A DNA stretch of 64,000 nt, taken from positions 380,457 through 444,456 of the forward strand of contig CP009479.1 in assembly GCA_000965745.1 (NCBI GenBank), given 5' to 3'. This DNA is from an uncultured archaeon. Lineage in GTDB: Archaea; Thermoplasmatota; Thermoplasmata; Thermoplasmatales; Thermoplasmataceae. Position numbers and translations under genes: made by a program. The notes below the pieces were generated by a model. The model saw only the letters and a list, made by a program, of their open reading frames with translations. It had not been told where the DNA came from and ran no database searches. Position 1 is the first letter of the stretch. Every line of letters starts with the position of its first letter. This document shows positions 54,901 through 63,821 of this stretch, one piece after another.

Positions 54901-55782
54901 CTGTATTACAACCAGCAGGTAGGAAACCAGATATACAACACGACATTCCTGTCGCCGTATGCTGGTATGCTGCCACCTGGAATGCTGTATCAGCAGACAC
55001 TTTCGGACCTGAAGAATGCAAGCGCTCAGGTGATCAATGGCGGTAATGGACTTCAGCCATTCCAGAAGGTAATGGCACAGAAGTACTGGAACATATTCAT
55101 GGGCCAGACAACTGTAGGCGGACAGCATGATAGCCCTGCAGCCATGGGTATTACCAAGGATAACAGTGGAAACATCATGTATAACGGTAACAAGTTGTAC
55201 ATACCAATAATGATTCCAAACAGCGATCCTACTGATAAGGCCGCAGTGACAACCTGGGCCAGCGACATTGCACAGGTGATACCGGGAGCAACTGTTGTGC
55301 CTGTAGAGCTTCCGCTTACAGACATATTTGCTGCATATGCCATACCAGGCCAGAACCCAATGCCAATAAGTTGGGGTGGATGGGCACCGGATTATCCGTA
55401 TCCAACGGACTATCTGCTGCCAATGGGTATACCCATAAACTCCTCTACATACATGGGTCCAGCCGGTTACACGCCATACGTGGTGGGCAACACAAGCAAT
55501 GCGGTATACAACCTGTCTGAATCTGCCTTCATGAACCAGGAAATAAATGCACTGGACAATGCAACCAGCAACGCAACACACCCTGCTGCTGCTCAGAAAT
55601 GGTTCCAGATAACAAATGGAATGATTGTGAACAGCACGATAGAGGTCTACATTGGACAGGCAGTACAGCACTGGACCATGAGTTCGAAGATAAGCAGTAG
55701 CGACATAATTAACTACCAGGAAAATGTGATGATAGGAGGAGGGCAGGATCTCCAGTATAACCTGCTTTCCTTCACATCATAA
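51985..55782 (+). CDS. Large N-anchored PKD + T/S/N-rich + family-5 solute-binding protein; paralog 2
   Basis: Collinear with 30449..33775: KWIAVIIALLVVIGVLGGLLA, VYYGDGHS...HHYAQPGEFYIF, and an SBP_5-like C-terminal ~650 aa. GTG start with ggagg at 51972. Very many N-x-S/T sequons. Confidence 0.75.
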   Translation: MENNEDKGKAPEEPKVTAPPSPPRKPSTSGKWIAVIIALLVVIGVLGGLLATHYAPAAPSGPSATLSSKVGAINQNGTYSTNITATGSFKNMTVYYGDGHSQLLNYSGSNTVKVVHHYAQPGEFYIFADINYGSSTGYFFEPVKVSPNYPSINYAYRALAVDPATSSTQQINNISNIFSPGGHMRLDFLPSVGGGTYSIISQTLTLYNQSGMVSQESIPYAYNINSHGYALPVPGVTYADLQSGMYTLQVQTTTAPVNTTQSVTTTVTNTQSTPYGIPLTGSPGMTYPFSTGSSVAATGSQNVTYSVPVTNLAYTMGDQATFAGAAKLNVSNTANVTVVSGSGTFANATQFHPLNTSSSTQAYSLVPAGYVITLTSGTTLMFNNNVTAMTVNTQTTMNFTGNYTLGFVNAVVATLSNNAASSVSTGVTYEAGTAFSNLNNAAFAVPSTNVSFSKSAAVTFGAPTGVTMNTAANISTSGTVYNKTGVAVAPTHGYVLLNASETYLLPTSAITFNSAMTGLMLLNTSSSLTFGAGNYNFTLMNKTMVSVTGSGSVVLWTHLAYTQMLKGTGTVGLNNGQYDQSKTITSTYYEDFPVAQKVTQQTVAGTAFTNAEPNAPGGYTTLDPSIAYYTADSEILNNALLQLDTYNGSATDAFVPLAASYLPTLTNGGINTNSANYTQKTPWGTTYAVNLTPGMNYTFHINHAITFQNGAPLTAWDVMYTFTRTLLFDAASPGTGGWVIAQYLLPGDYFASNTFYNITHNITVNNQTNTITFHFQQSMPASLVFQIFASSGTWIEPAAWFQDHGAGIKWTPKGFQDYKAQGNIAGYNSYVQNHVMADGPYMISYIVPGSQVTMVKNTNFVQPNNTYYRKPTIDRINLLYLSSNQQAFLLLKSGQATSAALPTTYFNQTTQMINQGLLQRHGFPTLGLYFYTFTMNTNLQILKTVSSQANLPSNFFMNPNVRKAFAYAYNYSLYYNQQVGNQIYNTTFLSPYAGMLPPGMLYQQTLSDLKNASAQVINGGNGLQPFQKVMAQKYWNIFMGQTTVGGQHDSPAAMGITKDNSGNIMYNGNKLYIPIMIPNSDPTDKAAVTTWASDIAQVIPGATVVPVELPLTDIFAAYAIPGQNPMPISWGGWAPDYPYPTDYLLPMGIPINSSTYMGPAGYTPYVVGNTSNAVYNLSESAFMNQEINALDNATSNATHPAAAQKWFQITNGMIVNSTIEVYIGQAVQHWTMSSKISSSDIINYQENVMIGGGQDLQYNLLSFTS

Positions 55783-55783
55783 C

Positions 55784-55806
55784 TTTTTCCACCCTAAATT
55801 TTTTTT
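55784..55806 (+). terminator. T-rich terminator candidate after paralog 2
   Basis: A T5 run (55784-55788) and a T8 run (55799-55806) lie directly after the stop codon. Confidence 0.4.
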
Positions 55807-56095
55807 AAAATTCCATCTTTATTTTATTTCTGTATTGTTCTAATATGACTTTCTGACTTTCCAATCTTGAAGTGCGAATTATGAGTTATTGCAATGTTGA
55901 AGTAATAGATTCAGCAAAGCCTGTTTGCATTAAGGAGACCGGCATTGTTTTGACTTGAGCCGAAGCTATTTAGCCATAGTCCACAACAAAAAACCATCTT
56001 TCTACGTTTCTGAATAAGCAGAATGGAACCTCTGCATATTGCAGGTAAAAAGAGATGAGCCAAATTGTCTGTATAGAAAAGGTATCAGTATAGAT

Positions 56096-56440
56096 TCAGT
56101 ATTCTTTTCCAACTGGCCATATTCTTCTGAAGAGCTTGCCCTGATAGAAGATCACCACTGCTTCAATTAAGGCTATCAGCATTACAAAGTACAGGTCATA
56201 GAGGCCAAAAGAAAAAAACAGGTTTGTCGCCCTGCTGTAAAAATGACCATTTGGTATGTACCTGAACATGTATGCGATGATCAGTCCATCCAGGAAAAGA
56301 CAGGCCACGAGATAAAAACCTCTCAGGAAGTCATCGAAGATGTACCTGATCAGTTGCCCTCTCGTAAGGTCCTTCGAGGTTACCTCTTTCTTTTCCTCTT
56401 CTTCACTCTTGTAGGATATCCTGGTAGACTGTCTCGCCAT
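56096..56440 (-). CDS. Small membrane protein at the distal end of the ABC operon
   Basis: 114 aa with 2-3 hydrophobic helices. Overlaps the 3' end of the ATPase gene by ~38 nt. Confidence 0.45.
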   Translation of the reverse strand: MARQSTRISYKSEEEEKKEVTSKDLTRGQLIRYIFDDFLRGFYLVACLFLDGLIIAYMFRYIPNGHFYSRATNLFFSFGLYDLYFVMLIALIEAVVIFYQGKLFRRIWPVGKEY

Positions 56441-57878
56441 CTGGCTTCTCGCCTTTGTTCTCCTTTTCCCAATGGTTGTAATCGTAGATCAGGCATGATA
56501 CAAAATGTCCCTTCACAGGCTCCGTAAGCCTTGGTACATCTCCCTTGGACATCTTTACAGTGATCACGTTGTTCGTCTGGCCGAAACCTATGGCCTCTAT
56601 AGCCTTGAACCGCACTCCTCTTTCTTTCTGAGATTCCTTTGCAATGAGGTTCTTGAAGCTGTCCAGTACGCTGCTGGAATTACCGCTGTATGGAGTAAGG
56701 GTGATCGTTAGAGTGTCATTCTCCTCATCGACCAGTATTTCCTCAGGTCTTGGAAAGTCTGCGGCGTCAGGGTTCCTGTAGGGATCCAGCATTTCGTTTA
56801 TAGGCTCAGCCATATCTCCAGAGGACCATCCGCAATTTGCCATGGCAACCGGGCACCTTGGGTGGAAATAGCAGCCCTTTGGCGGGTTTGAAGGACTTGG
56901 AATTTCACCCTCCAGGACGATTCTCTCTACCTTTGTCTCCGGGTCTGGTATAGGTATGGCCGAGAGAAGTGCCTTCGTGTAAGGGTGAAGCATATCAGTA
57001 AAGAGTTCATCTGTTTCAGAAAGCTCTACCAGCTTGCCCAGATACATAACGGCAACACGGTCGGACATCATCCTTATTACACTAAGATGGTGCGATATGA
57101 ACAGGAATGAGAGATCAAACTTTCTCTGTATATCCCTCATCATGTTCAGGATCTGCGCCTGAACTGAAACGTCAAGGGCTGAAGTCGGCTCGTCCAGGAC
57201 AAGAAGCTTGGGGTTGATTGAAATTGCCCGGGCAATACCTATCCTTTGCCTCTGACCTCCACTGAATTCGTGGGGGAAACGGTAAAGGTGATCTTCGCTC
57301 AGCCCTATTTCTTCAATCAGCTTCATAGTAATCTCCCTGATTTTGCTTGACCTTGTCTTGTTCAGAAGTTTCATTGGCTCGGCTATTATATCCCTGACCA
57401 ATTTTCTCGGATCAAGGGAACTGAAAGGGTCCTGGAAAACAGGCTGCATAATTTTTCTGTATTCAAGCAGCTTTTTCCCCTTCATCTCAGTGATTGAGTA
57501 CTTTGACCTGAGCTCTTCAAGCTTCTCTTCCATCTGTTTTTCTTCCTTTGGATCCACCGTCGCATCAGTCTTGGGGTCCCTGATGTGGTGGAGATTTTCC
57601 TCAAGCGAGATGATTTCCTGCATCTTGTCCTTTGGAAGATCGAGGTAAACATTGCCCTCTGTTGCTTCTATAAGCTTGAGTATGGTTCTCCCAAGGGTTG
57701 TCTTTCCACAACCTGTCTCTCCCACAACACCAAGTGTTTCTCCCTTCCTGAGCGCGAAGGTTACATCATCAACTGCTTTTACCTTTCCTTTGGACCTTCT
57801 CAGCCCGGAGGAAATATCAAAGTATTTCTTGAGGTGTGATACATACAACAGTACATCTTTCTGATCTGTTTCGCTCAT
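56403..57878 (-). CDS. Opp/Dpp-type ABC ATP-binding protein (OppF-like) with insertions
   Basis: Walker A GETGCGKTT, signature FSGGQRQR, Walker B LLVLDEPTSALD, HPYTKALL and Cys-rich C-terminal motif. 491 aa, against the ~320 aa usual for this family. Confidence 0.85.
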   Translation of the reverse strand: MSETDQKDVLLYVSHLKKYFDISSGLRRSKGKVKAVDDVTFALRKGETLGVVGETGCGKTTLGRTILKLIEATEGNVYLDLPKDKMQEIISLEENLHHIRDPKTDATVDPKEEKQMEEKLEELRSKYSITEMKGKKLLEYRKIMQPVFQDPFSSLDPRKLVRDIIAEPMKLLNKTRSSKIREITMKLIEEIGLSEDHLYRFPHEFSGGQRQRIGIARAISINPKLLVLDEPTSALDVSVQAQILNMMRDIQRKFDLSFLFISHHLSVIRMMSDRVAVMYLGKLVELSETDELFTDMLHPYTKALLSAIPIPDPETKVERIVLEGEIPSPSNPPKGCYFHPRCPVAMANCGWSSGDMAEPINEMLDPYRNPDAADFPRPEEILVDEENDTLTITLTPYSGNSSSVLDSFKNLIAKESQKERGVRFKAIEAIGFGQTNNVITVKMSKGDVPRLTEPVKGHFVSCLIYDYNHWEKENKGEKPDGETVYQDILQE

Positions 57879-59455
57879 TGCGCTTCACCTGCCGGCTCAC
57901 CGACATATTCTCTTGAATAAAGGAAACAGGCCACTTTATGGCCAGGTTCTACTTCAACCAGCTTCGGTTTCTTCTCAGAGCAAACATCCATGGCGAATTT
58001 GCACCTTGGATGGAATCTGCATCCCGAAGGAGGAGTAATCAAATTTGGAACTGTACCCGGGATAGACTCGAGTTTCTGATCTGCCGATCTCTTCTTGTCA
58101 GCCCTTGGGATAGCTCTCATAAGGCCCATCGTATACGGGTGCTTCGGATCGTGGAATATTTCCTTGACTGATGTCTGCTCTACAAGATTCCCTGCGTACA
58201 TGACACCGACACGATCGCACATCTCTGCTATGACAGCAAGATCATGGGTGATGAAAAGAACAGAACTGCCGGTAACCACATTCAGTTCCTTGATAAGCTC
58301 AAGTATCTGGGCCTGGGTTGTAACATCAAGTGCTGTAGTTGGCTCATCAGCAATCAGGAGCTTTGGATTTGCAGCGAGTGCCATGGCGATCATTGCCCTC
58401 TGCTGCATGCCACCACTCAGTTCGTGGGGATAAGAGTCGATCACTCTTTCAGGGCCTGCAATATTGACAAGATTTAGGAGCTCCAGGGCCCTCCTTCTGG
58501 ATTCTTTCTCCAGGGGCCTGTCCATTCTCTTCCTCATAAGCTTGTGCTTAATGGTGAAGGACATGAACTTGGAACGCATTTCCGACCTCTTCTGACTTAT
58601 CTGCTGCCTAAGATGTTCTGCTTCCGATTCATTCCTGTTTGCTTCAGCTTCTATAAGATTCAGGTTCAGTGCAAATAACTCATCGTCCGCCTTGTAATAT
58701 TCGCGTGCCACAGAAAGTGGCTGAAGGTCGATTCCGGTCTTCTCCTCAGCGAGGAGCGAAAGAAGCTCTTTCTTTACATAATTGATGTCTTCAGAAGTGT
58801 TGATAAGATCGTATATTGACTCGTCAGAGTCAGGGACACCGTATTCTCTGCTCCATCTGTTGACAATCCTTCTCCTTTCGTCATAGTCCTTCGTCTTGAC
58901 GATCTTCTGTATAAGCTCGTCAACGCCATCTTCTCCCAGTGTTTCCCTACGAATGATAGAATTGATGATGTCAATTCTGCTGTGAAGCATGATATTCTCT
59001 ACAATCTGGTATCCAATTGAAAGCACAGGGTTGAGTGCGAGGAATGGCTCCTGGAAGATCATCGCAACCTTGTCGCCCCTTATTTTAGAGAGAATGTAGT
59101 TATGCCTCTTTATCAGCCTCTTGTTTCTTTTGACCTTTACATTCGTCTCTGATTTTACCTTTATCTGTGCCAGTTTGTCCAGATCGGATATGATGTTGAA
59201 GCCATCGATGTATATCTTTCCCCTTACTATTCTGCCAGGGGGATCGGGAACAAGGTCCATTATTGAAGTTGCCGTGACACTTTTTCCACAGCCACTCTCC
59301 CCTACAAGGCCAAATACTTCTCCTCGCTTTACTGAAAGGTCAACGCCATCAATGGCCTTGACGATTCCCTTGAAGGTAAAGAACTGTGTTACAAGATCCC
59401 TGACTTCCACATAGTTCTCTTCTTTTACTTCACTCTGTTTTACCTCTGTTTCCAT
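57875..59455 (-). CDS. Opp/Dpp-type ABC ATP-binding protein (OppD-like) with a ~200-aa insertion
   Basis: Walker A GESGCGKS, signature LSGGMQQR, Walker B LLIADEPTTALD, HPYTMGL, and C-terminal CRFHPRCKFAMDVC...VAC. Confidence 0.85.
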   Translation of the reverse strand: METEVKQSEVKEENYVEVRDLVTQFFTFKGIVKAIDGVDLSVKRGEVFGLVGESGCGKSVTATSIMDLVPDPPGRIVRGKIYIDGFNIISDLDKLAQIKVKSETNVKVKRNKRLIKRHNYILSKIRGDKVAMIFQEPFLALNPVLSIGYQIVENIMLHSRIDIINSIIRRETLGEDGVDELIQKIVKTKDYDERRRIVNRWSREYGVPDSDESIYDLINTSEDINYVKKELLSLLAEEKTGIDLQPLSVAREYYKADDELFALNLNLIEAEANRNESEAEHLRQQISQKRSEMRSKFMSFTIKHKLMRKRMDRPLEKESRRRALELLNLVNIAGPERVIDSYPHELSGGMQQRAMIAMALAANPKLLIADEPTTALDVTTQAQILELIKELNVVTGSSVLFITHDLAVIAEMCDRVGVMYAGNLVEQTSVKEIFHDPKHPYTMGLMRAIPRADKKRSADQKLESIPGTVPNLITPPSGCRFHPRCKFAMDVCSEKKPKLVEVEPGHKVACFLYSREYVGEPAGEAQ

Positions 59456-59459
59456 GTCA

Positions 59460-60410
59460 TTACCTCCTCAGTTTAGGATCAAGCACATCCCTCAGGCCGT
59501 CCCCCATTACACTTACTGCTATAGTGAAGACCACCAGGAATATGGACGGTATGATGATCGGCCACCATGCTCCGTAAACGATGTACTGGTTACCCCAGTT
59601 GATCAGGATTCCAAGCTCAGGAAGATAGGGATTTCCCCTGTTAAGACCTATGAACTCCAGGCTTGCGAACAGCTGAACAATAATACCGATGTCCAGGGAT
59701 ATCTGCACGAATATCGGAGACAGAACGTTCGGAAAAACATGCACGAATATATTCCTGAATTTTGAAGATCCGGAAGCAGTCGCGGCCTCAACATATCGCA
59801 TCTCTTTTGTGCTGAGTGCGAGACTCCTGGATAGCCTTGCGTAGATGGGCCACCATATGATCATGAATGCTACGACAATAAAGATGAAGTTATCCCCAAG
59901 GGTGTATATAATTGCAAGGGCAAGGACAATCTGCGGTATACTGAAGAATATATCAGTAATCCTCATCATGAACTCGTCAACCATGCCTCCAAGGTATCCG
60001 GAAGCAGTTCCTATGACCATTCCTATTGCCACGCCAATGGCCACAATGGCTATTGAGTAAGCCATATCAAACTTGAGAGCTGCAAGCATTGCCGGAAGCA
60101 CTGGAATGCCGTACTGTGTCGTTCCGAAAATGTACATTATGCCCTTGCTCAATGTTGGCGGGGAAGGAGGGACCAGCTGAGGCTGCTGTCCGTAAAGGAA
60201 GCTGAGCATCGTATTTGCGTTTGTAACACCCAGATACTGTGGGTATACAAAATCTAGCAGTGCAATGAAGAAATAGATCATCATCACGACGAAACCGGAG
60301 AAAGCAAGCTTGTTCTTGAAGAACAGTTTCATTGTGTGCTTCATGTCCTCCAGTTTCGGGTTTCTTTTCTGGGGTTCTACATTTTTCTTAAAAACATTTA
60401 CTTCTGCCAT
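59460..60410 (-). CDS. Opp/Dpp-type ABC permease (OppC-like)
   Basis: Polytopic protein. BPD_transp_1 EAA-like region YVEAATASGSSKFRNIFVHVFPN. Confidence 0.85.
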   Translation of the reverse strand: MAEVNVFKKNVEPQKRNPKLEDMKHTMKLFFKNKLAFSGFVVMMIYFFIALLDFVYPQYLGVTNANTMLSFLYGQQPQLVPPSPPTLSKGIMYIFGTTQYGIPVLPAMLAALKFDMAYSIAIVAIGVAIGMVIGTASGYLGGMVDEFMMRITDIFFSIPQIVLALAIIYTLGDNFIFIVVAFMIIWWPIYARLSRSLALSTKEMRYVEAATASGSSKFRNIFVHVFPNVLSPIFVQISLDIGIIVQLFASLEFIGLNRGNPYLPELGILINWGNQYIVYGAWWPIIIPSIFLVVFTIAVSVMGDGLRDVLDPKLRR

Positions 60411-60418
60411 TTAACCAC

Positions 60419-61495
60419 CTAATACCTTATCCTCGGATCCATGAATGCATACACTATGTCCACTATCAGGTTGGCGAATACAAGAATCAACCCGAATACC
60501 AGGGTGGTGTCCAGAACTCCGTAAATCTGGTTGTCCAGAGTTGCTGTAACTGCGAACCATCCAAGTCCGTGATAAGTGAAGAGAATTTCTATAACCACAA
60601 CCCCACTGAGAAGCGCAGCGATAAGCAGACCCATAACCGTAATGGTCGGTATCAGGGCATTTCTCCTGATGTGCCTCTTTATAATCATACCTTCCGGAAC
60701 GCCTTTTGATCTTGCTGTCTTGACGTATTCCTGGTTAGTCGCATCCACCATTCCAGCCCTGATGAACCTGAGAAGACCTGCCAGAATTGTATAAGTAAGG
60801 GTCACAACCGGCAGAACAAGATGGAGAAAAGCGCTCCATGCCACTCTGGGATCGCCATGAATAAGGGCATCGAAGAACACCAAGTGAGTTGGCGAGGAAA
60901 TGATAAACCCGGTTTCCTGATTAAGGAGCCAATGCGGGACTGGAGTTGGCACATTAACTACCCCATTAAATGGCAGCACGGCTCCGCCCCAGTTGCTCAC
61001 CCCCTGCCCGAAGGCGAGGATCAGAAGTATACCTAAAACAAAAGGAGGCATCGCGTAACCGACCAGTGAGAATACCCTTCCAGCCTGATCGGCAAATGTG
61101 TTTGGCCTGGAACCGATATATGTTCCAATGGGTATGGCGAGCAAAATCGAAAGTATAGATGAGAATATTGCGAGCTGAATCGAGTTGGGCATGAACAGTT
61201 CTATACCAAGCAAGACCGGGCCCGGGAAAGGTTTTGTGACAAAACCCCAGTTGCCCTTAAGCAGATTCGATATATAATAGAAGTACTGAACAGGCACTGG
61301 GAGGTTCAATCCGAGCTGTTCCTTCGCGATTTGTATTTGCTCCTGCCTCGGAAGCGTGCTGTGTGGATTAATGTACGCAGACACTAGCAGCGAATCCGGA
61401 AAACTCCTGAGCAATATGAAAACAAGCACTGTAATTCCTATGACCGTAGGAATTATCAGCAGAACTCTCCTAAGTACAAAATATCTTAGTTCCAT
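60419..61495 (-). CDS. Opp/Dpp-type ABC permease (OppB-like)
   Basis: N-terminal YFVLRRVLLIIPTVIGITVLVF. EAA region YVKTARSKGVPEGMIIKRHIRRNAL. Confidence 0.85.
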   Translation of the reverse strand: MELRYFVLRRVLLIIPTVIGITVLVFILLRSFPDSLLVSAYINPHSTLPRQEQIQIAKEQLGLNLPVPVQYFYYISNLLKGNWGFVTKPFPGPVLLGIELFMPNSIQLAIFSSILSILLAIPIGTYIGSRPNTFADQAGRVFSLVGYAMPPFVLGILLILAFGQGVSNWGGAVLPFNGVVNVPTPVPHWLLNQETGFIISSPTHLVFFDALIHGDPRVAWSAFLHLVLPVVTLTYTILAGLLRFIRAGMVDATNQEYVKTARSKGVPEGMIIKRHIRRNALIPTITVMGLLIAALLSGVVVIEILFTYHGLGWFAVTATLDNQIYGVLDTTLVFGLILVFANLIVDIVYAFMDPRIRY

Positions 61496-61593
61496 CTATA
61501 ACATCAACCAATTGGAAAATTGTTATTTAATCTTTTCCAGATTTAGGCGTGTCTTGCCTCCACAATAAGTAATATAAAAAAGAGAGTATTATT

Positions 61594-62556
61594 TTACTCT
61601 GCCACCAATGGAGGCTGAATTCGGCCACCGTCTCTCGCAGAATCCCTTCTAAATCTGGTTTTAACATGGTTGTACCACCAGATTTTCGAGAGTAATGCAG
61701 CCTCCTCAATAGGTCTTTCCAGAGACGGTTCTCGGAAACATTCGTCGAAACACTCCGAGCAATGGTTGTCGTAGGATTCCCACACGGGCCCCTTGTTCAT
61801 TACAACTTCCATCCTTGTGAAGCACGGGTGGACTTTTCCCCTGTAGTCGGTGTAAAGGACATTCTCTCCTGCTTTGCATCTAGTTACAGATCTACCGTCG
61901 ATATAATCGACTGCTTCCTTGTAGTAGGTTTTGAGATTGCCGAAAACGTGCCTGTTGTAGTTTTCATACGCGTAGTTGAAGGCGGTCCTTATCATATCCT
62001 GGCTTACCTGGAAATCCTGGAAGTAATAGGCGCTCTGGTCCGGGAAGCACATGGTCATTGGGATTCCCAGCTCGTTGTTGTTGAACTCTGCCATTTCACC
62101 TATCTTGTTGTAGTTGAAATTTGTAACAAGTGCATTGGAAGTCACAATTTTCACCTTCTGCTTGGCCTCCTTTATTGTCTTGACCACGGTGTCAAATATC
62201 TTCAGGCCCCTGTACTCATTGTGCTCCTCAGGTATGTTGCTGTCAAGAGATATGGTTGCCGCATCAAGGTATGGAAACAGTCTTCTCAGTACATACGGAT
62301 TTGTCCCGTTGGTTGCGATATGGGTGAAAAAGTGGTGTTCCTTAAGCTTCTTTATAATAGATTCGATTGACCTGTTGAGTGTTGGCTCCCCTCCTGTGAG
62401 TGATACAATCTTCACCCCATTCTTCTTCATTTCCTCTATATGCCTGTCTACAAGCTCATCGGGAAAAAATATCTTCCCCTGCCAGGCGTTACAGCTTTTG
62501 CATCGTAAGTTACAGAAAAAATCAATATTCCAGATCATTGTCTTGAAGGATTTCAT
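61594..62556 (-). CDS. Radical SAM protein with Cys-rich (SPASM/twitch-like) C-terminus
   Basis: CNLRCKSC (CxxxCxxC) at the N-terminus, SLTGGEPT, and C-terminal C..C motifs (RCKAG..., HPCF, CSECFDEC). Confidence 0.75.
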   Translation of the reverse strand: MKSFKTMIWNIDFFCNLRCKSCNAWQGKIFFPDELVDRHIEEMKKNGVKIVSLTGGEPTLNRSIESIIKKLKEHHFFTHIATNGTNPYVLRRLFPYLDAATISLDSNIPEEHNEYRGLKIFDTVVKTIKEAKQKVKIVTSNALVTNFNYNKIGEMAEFNNNELGIPMTMCFPDQSAYYFQDFQVSQDMIRTAFNYAYENYNRHVFGNLKTYYKEAVDYIDGRSVTRCKAGENVLYTDYRGKVHPCFTRMEVVMNKGPVWESYDNHCSECFDECFREPSLERPIEEAALLSKIWWYNHVKTRFRRDSARDGGRIQPPLVAE

Positions 62557-62625
62557 TTACACATGTTACGCAACTCAGTAATTTAGTATTTTTGTAAACA
62601 AAGCTGAAATTTTGTCGGGTTTCGG

Positions 62626-63150
62626 TCACTGTTGTATATAATAGGTCATGAAAACGTCGTCTACAGGCTCCCCGTTGATCATGAACTGGCCGCGCCTATG
62701 GCCTTCAATTTCAAAGCCAACTTTCTCGTAGGCCCGTATCGCCCCTGTGTTTGTTGAGAATACCTCAAGGTTCAGCTTCTTTATTCCCTGCCCCTTGCAC
62801 CAGTTGATTGCTTCCTGGATCATTCTTGTGCCAAGACCCTTGTTTCTGTGGCCAGATTTTATTGCGATTCCAAGGTTTGCCGTGTGCCTGTTCTTTTTGT
62901 ACATACCCCTCTGAATCGTTATAACTCCGATGATTTCGCCATAGCGGTCGCATACAAGTGTAAGGTCCTCGATGCTGCGTATGCGCTCCTGCTCCCCCCT
63001 TTCTGTAAGCAGATAGTACTCTCCTACGAGGTATATCCTTTCATCCATAACGCTCTGCATGCAGATGATTATACCCCTTGCATCAGATGGGTCGGCCTTT
63101 CTTATTATATATTCAGATCTTTCTAGATCTTTCTGCCTCTTGAACAGCAT
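62626..63150 (-). CDS. GNAT-family N-acetyltransferase
   Basis: Acetyl-CoA-binding motif A: IAIKSGHRNKGLGTRMIQEAINW (R/Q-x-x-G-x-G/A). Confidence 0.8.
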   Translation of the reverse strand: MLFKRQKDLERSEYIIRKADPSDARGIIICMQSVMDERIYLVGEYYLLTERGEQERIRSIEDLTLVCDRYGEIIGVITIQRGMYKKNRHTANLGIAIKSGHRNKGLGTRMIQEAINWCKGQGIKKLNLEVFSTNTGAIRAYEKVGFEIEGHRRGQFMINGEPVDDVFMTYYIQQ

Positions 63151-63197
63151 CGGGCAACAAGCTAATAATGCAAATTAAATGATAACTGTTTCTGAGG

Positions 63198-63527
63198 TTA
63201 TTTTTTAGCAAGAGTGCTTTTGAGGTCCGAATAAATTCCCTCCATCTCATCCAGAACCAGCTTTGCGCTGTTCATTATTGCGTCCCGGTTCTCGATGAAT
63301 TCAGGGGTAAGTATTGCTCCTTCCCTGGACGGGGATATAACCCCCTCCTTCTCCAGTATCCTGAGGGAGTATCGAATCTTATGCTCAGGGATGTTTGTTT
63401 CCTTAGCCATTTTAATAATGCCCGCAGGCTGTTCCCGCAAGAGAGTCTTGATAATTGCAATATGCCTCTTCACAGTTTCAAGGTCGTATACAATCTCTTT
63501 GAAAATTGAATGATCCTGATCGCTCAT
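63198..63527 (-). CDS. Winged-helix transcriptional regulator candidate
   Basis: IIKMAKETNIPEHKIRYSLRILEKEGVISPSREG is an HTH-plus-wing pattern. Confidence 0.55.
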   Translation of the reverse strand: MSDQDHSIFKEIVYDLETVKRHIAIIKTLLREQPAGIIKMAKETNIPEHKIRYSLRILEKEGVISPSREGAILTPEFIENRDAIMNSAKLVLDEMEGIYSDLKSTLAKK

Positions 63528-63599
63528 GTTTTTAAGGAATGCATGTTAGCATATAACAATTACGAATACCGAAACCGTCACGGAAGGGAGGTCTATCAG

Positions 63600-63821
63600 C
63601 TACGGAAACAGGACTTTGCTTCCTTCCACAATCTTTAAATCGTTCTGGATGCCCACCATCTTCCTGATGATCTCTTCCCTTTCCCTTATATATTCATCGA
63701 ATTTCTCCGGGTGCTTGGATTCCCCCCTTATGCTTATTGCATTGATGCGGAGGGCGAGCTGAAGCTTTAGGGCAAACCTTGTTTTTTCGTCCAGTTCATT
63801 CAGGTCAATGACCGATGTCAT
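63600..63821 (-). CDS. Hypothetical small protein
   Basis: 73-aa ORF, helical and charged. No motif recognised. Confidence 0.3.
   Translation of the reverse strand: MTSVIDLNELDEKTRFALKLQLALRINAISIRGESKHPEKFDEYIREREEIIRKMVGIQNDLKIVEGSKVLFP

Noticed and set aside
54823-55671. 282-aa antisense ORF inside SBP paralog 2 (similar shadow ORFs at 33266..33652, 32033..32482 and 53962..54306)
   Set aside because: These are Cys/His/Arg/Val-rich nonsense-like sequences lying opposite a strongly supported sense gene. They are typical shadow ORFs of Asn/Thr-rich coding regions.
61762-62581. Plus-strand ORFs (202 aa and 155 aa) antisense to the radical SAM gene
   Set aside because: The minus-strand frame carries the CxxxCxxC and SPASM-like motifs. 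The plus-strand products have no recognisable features.
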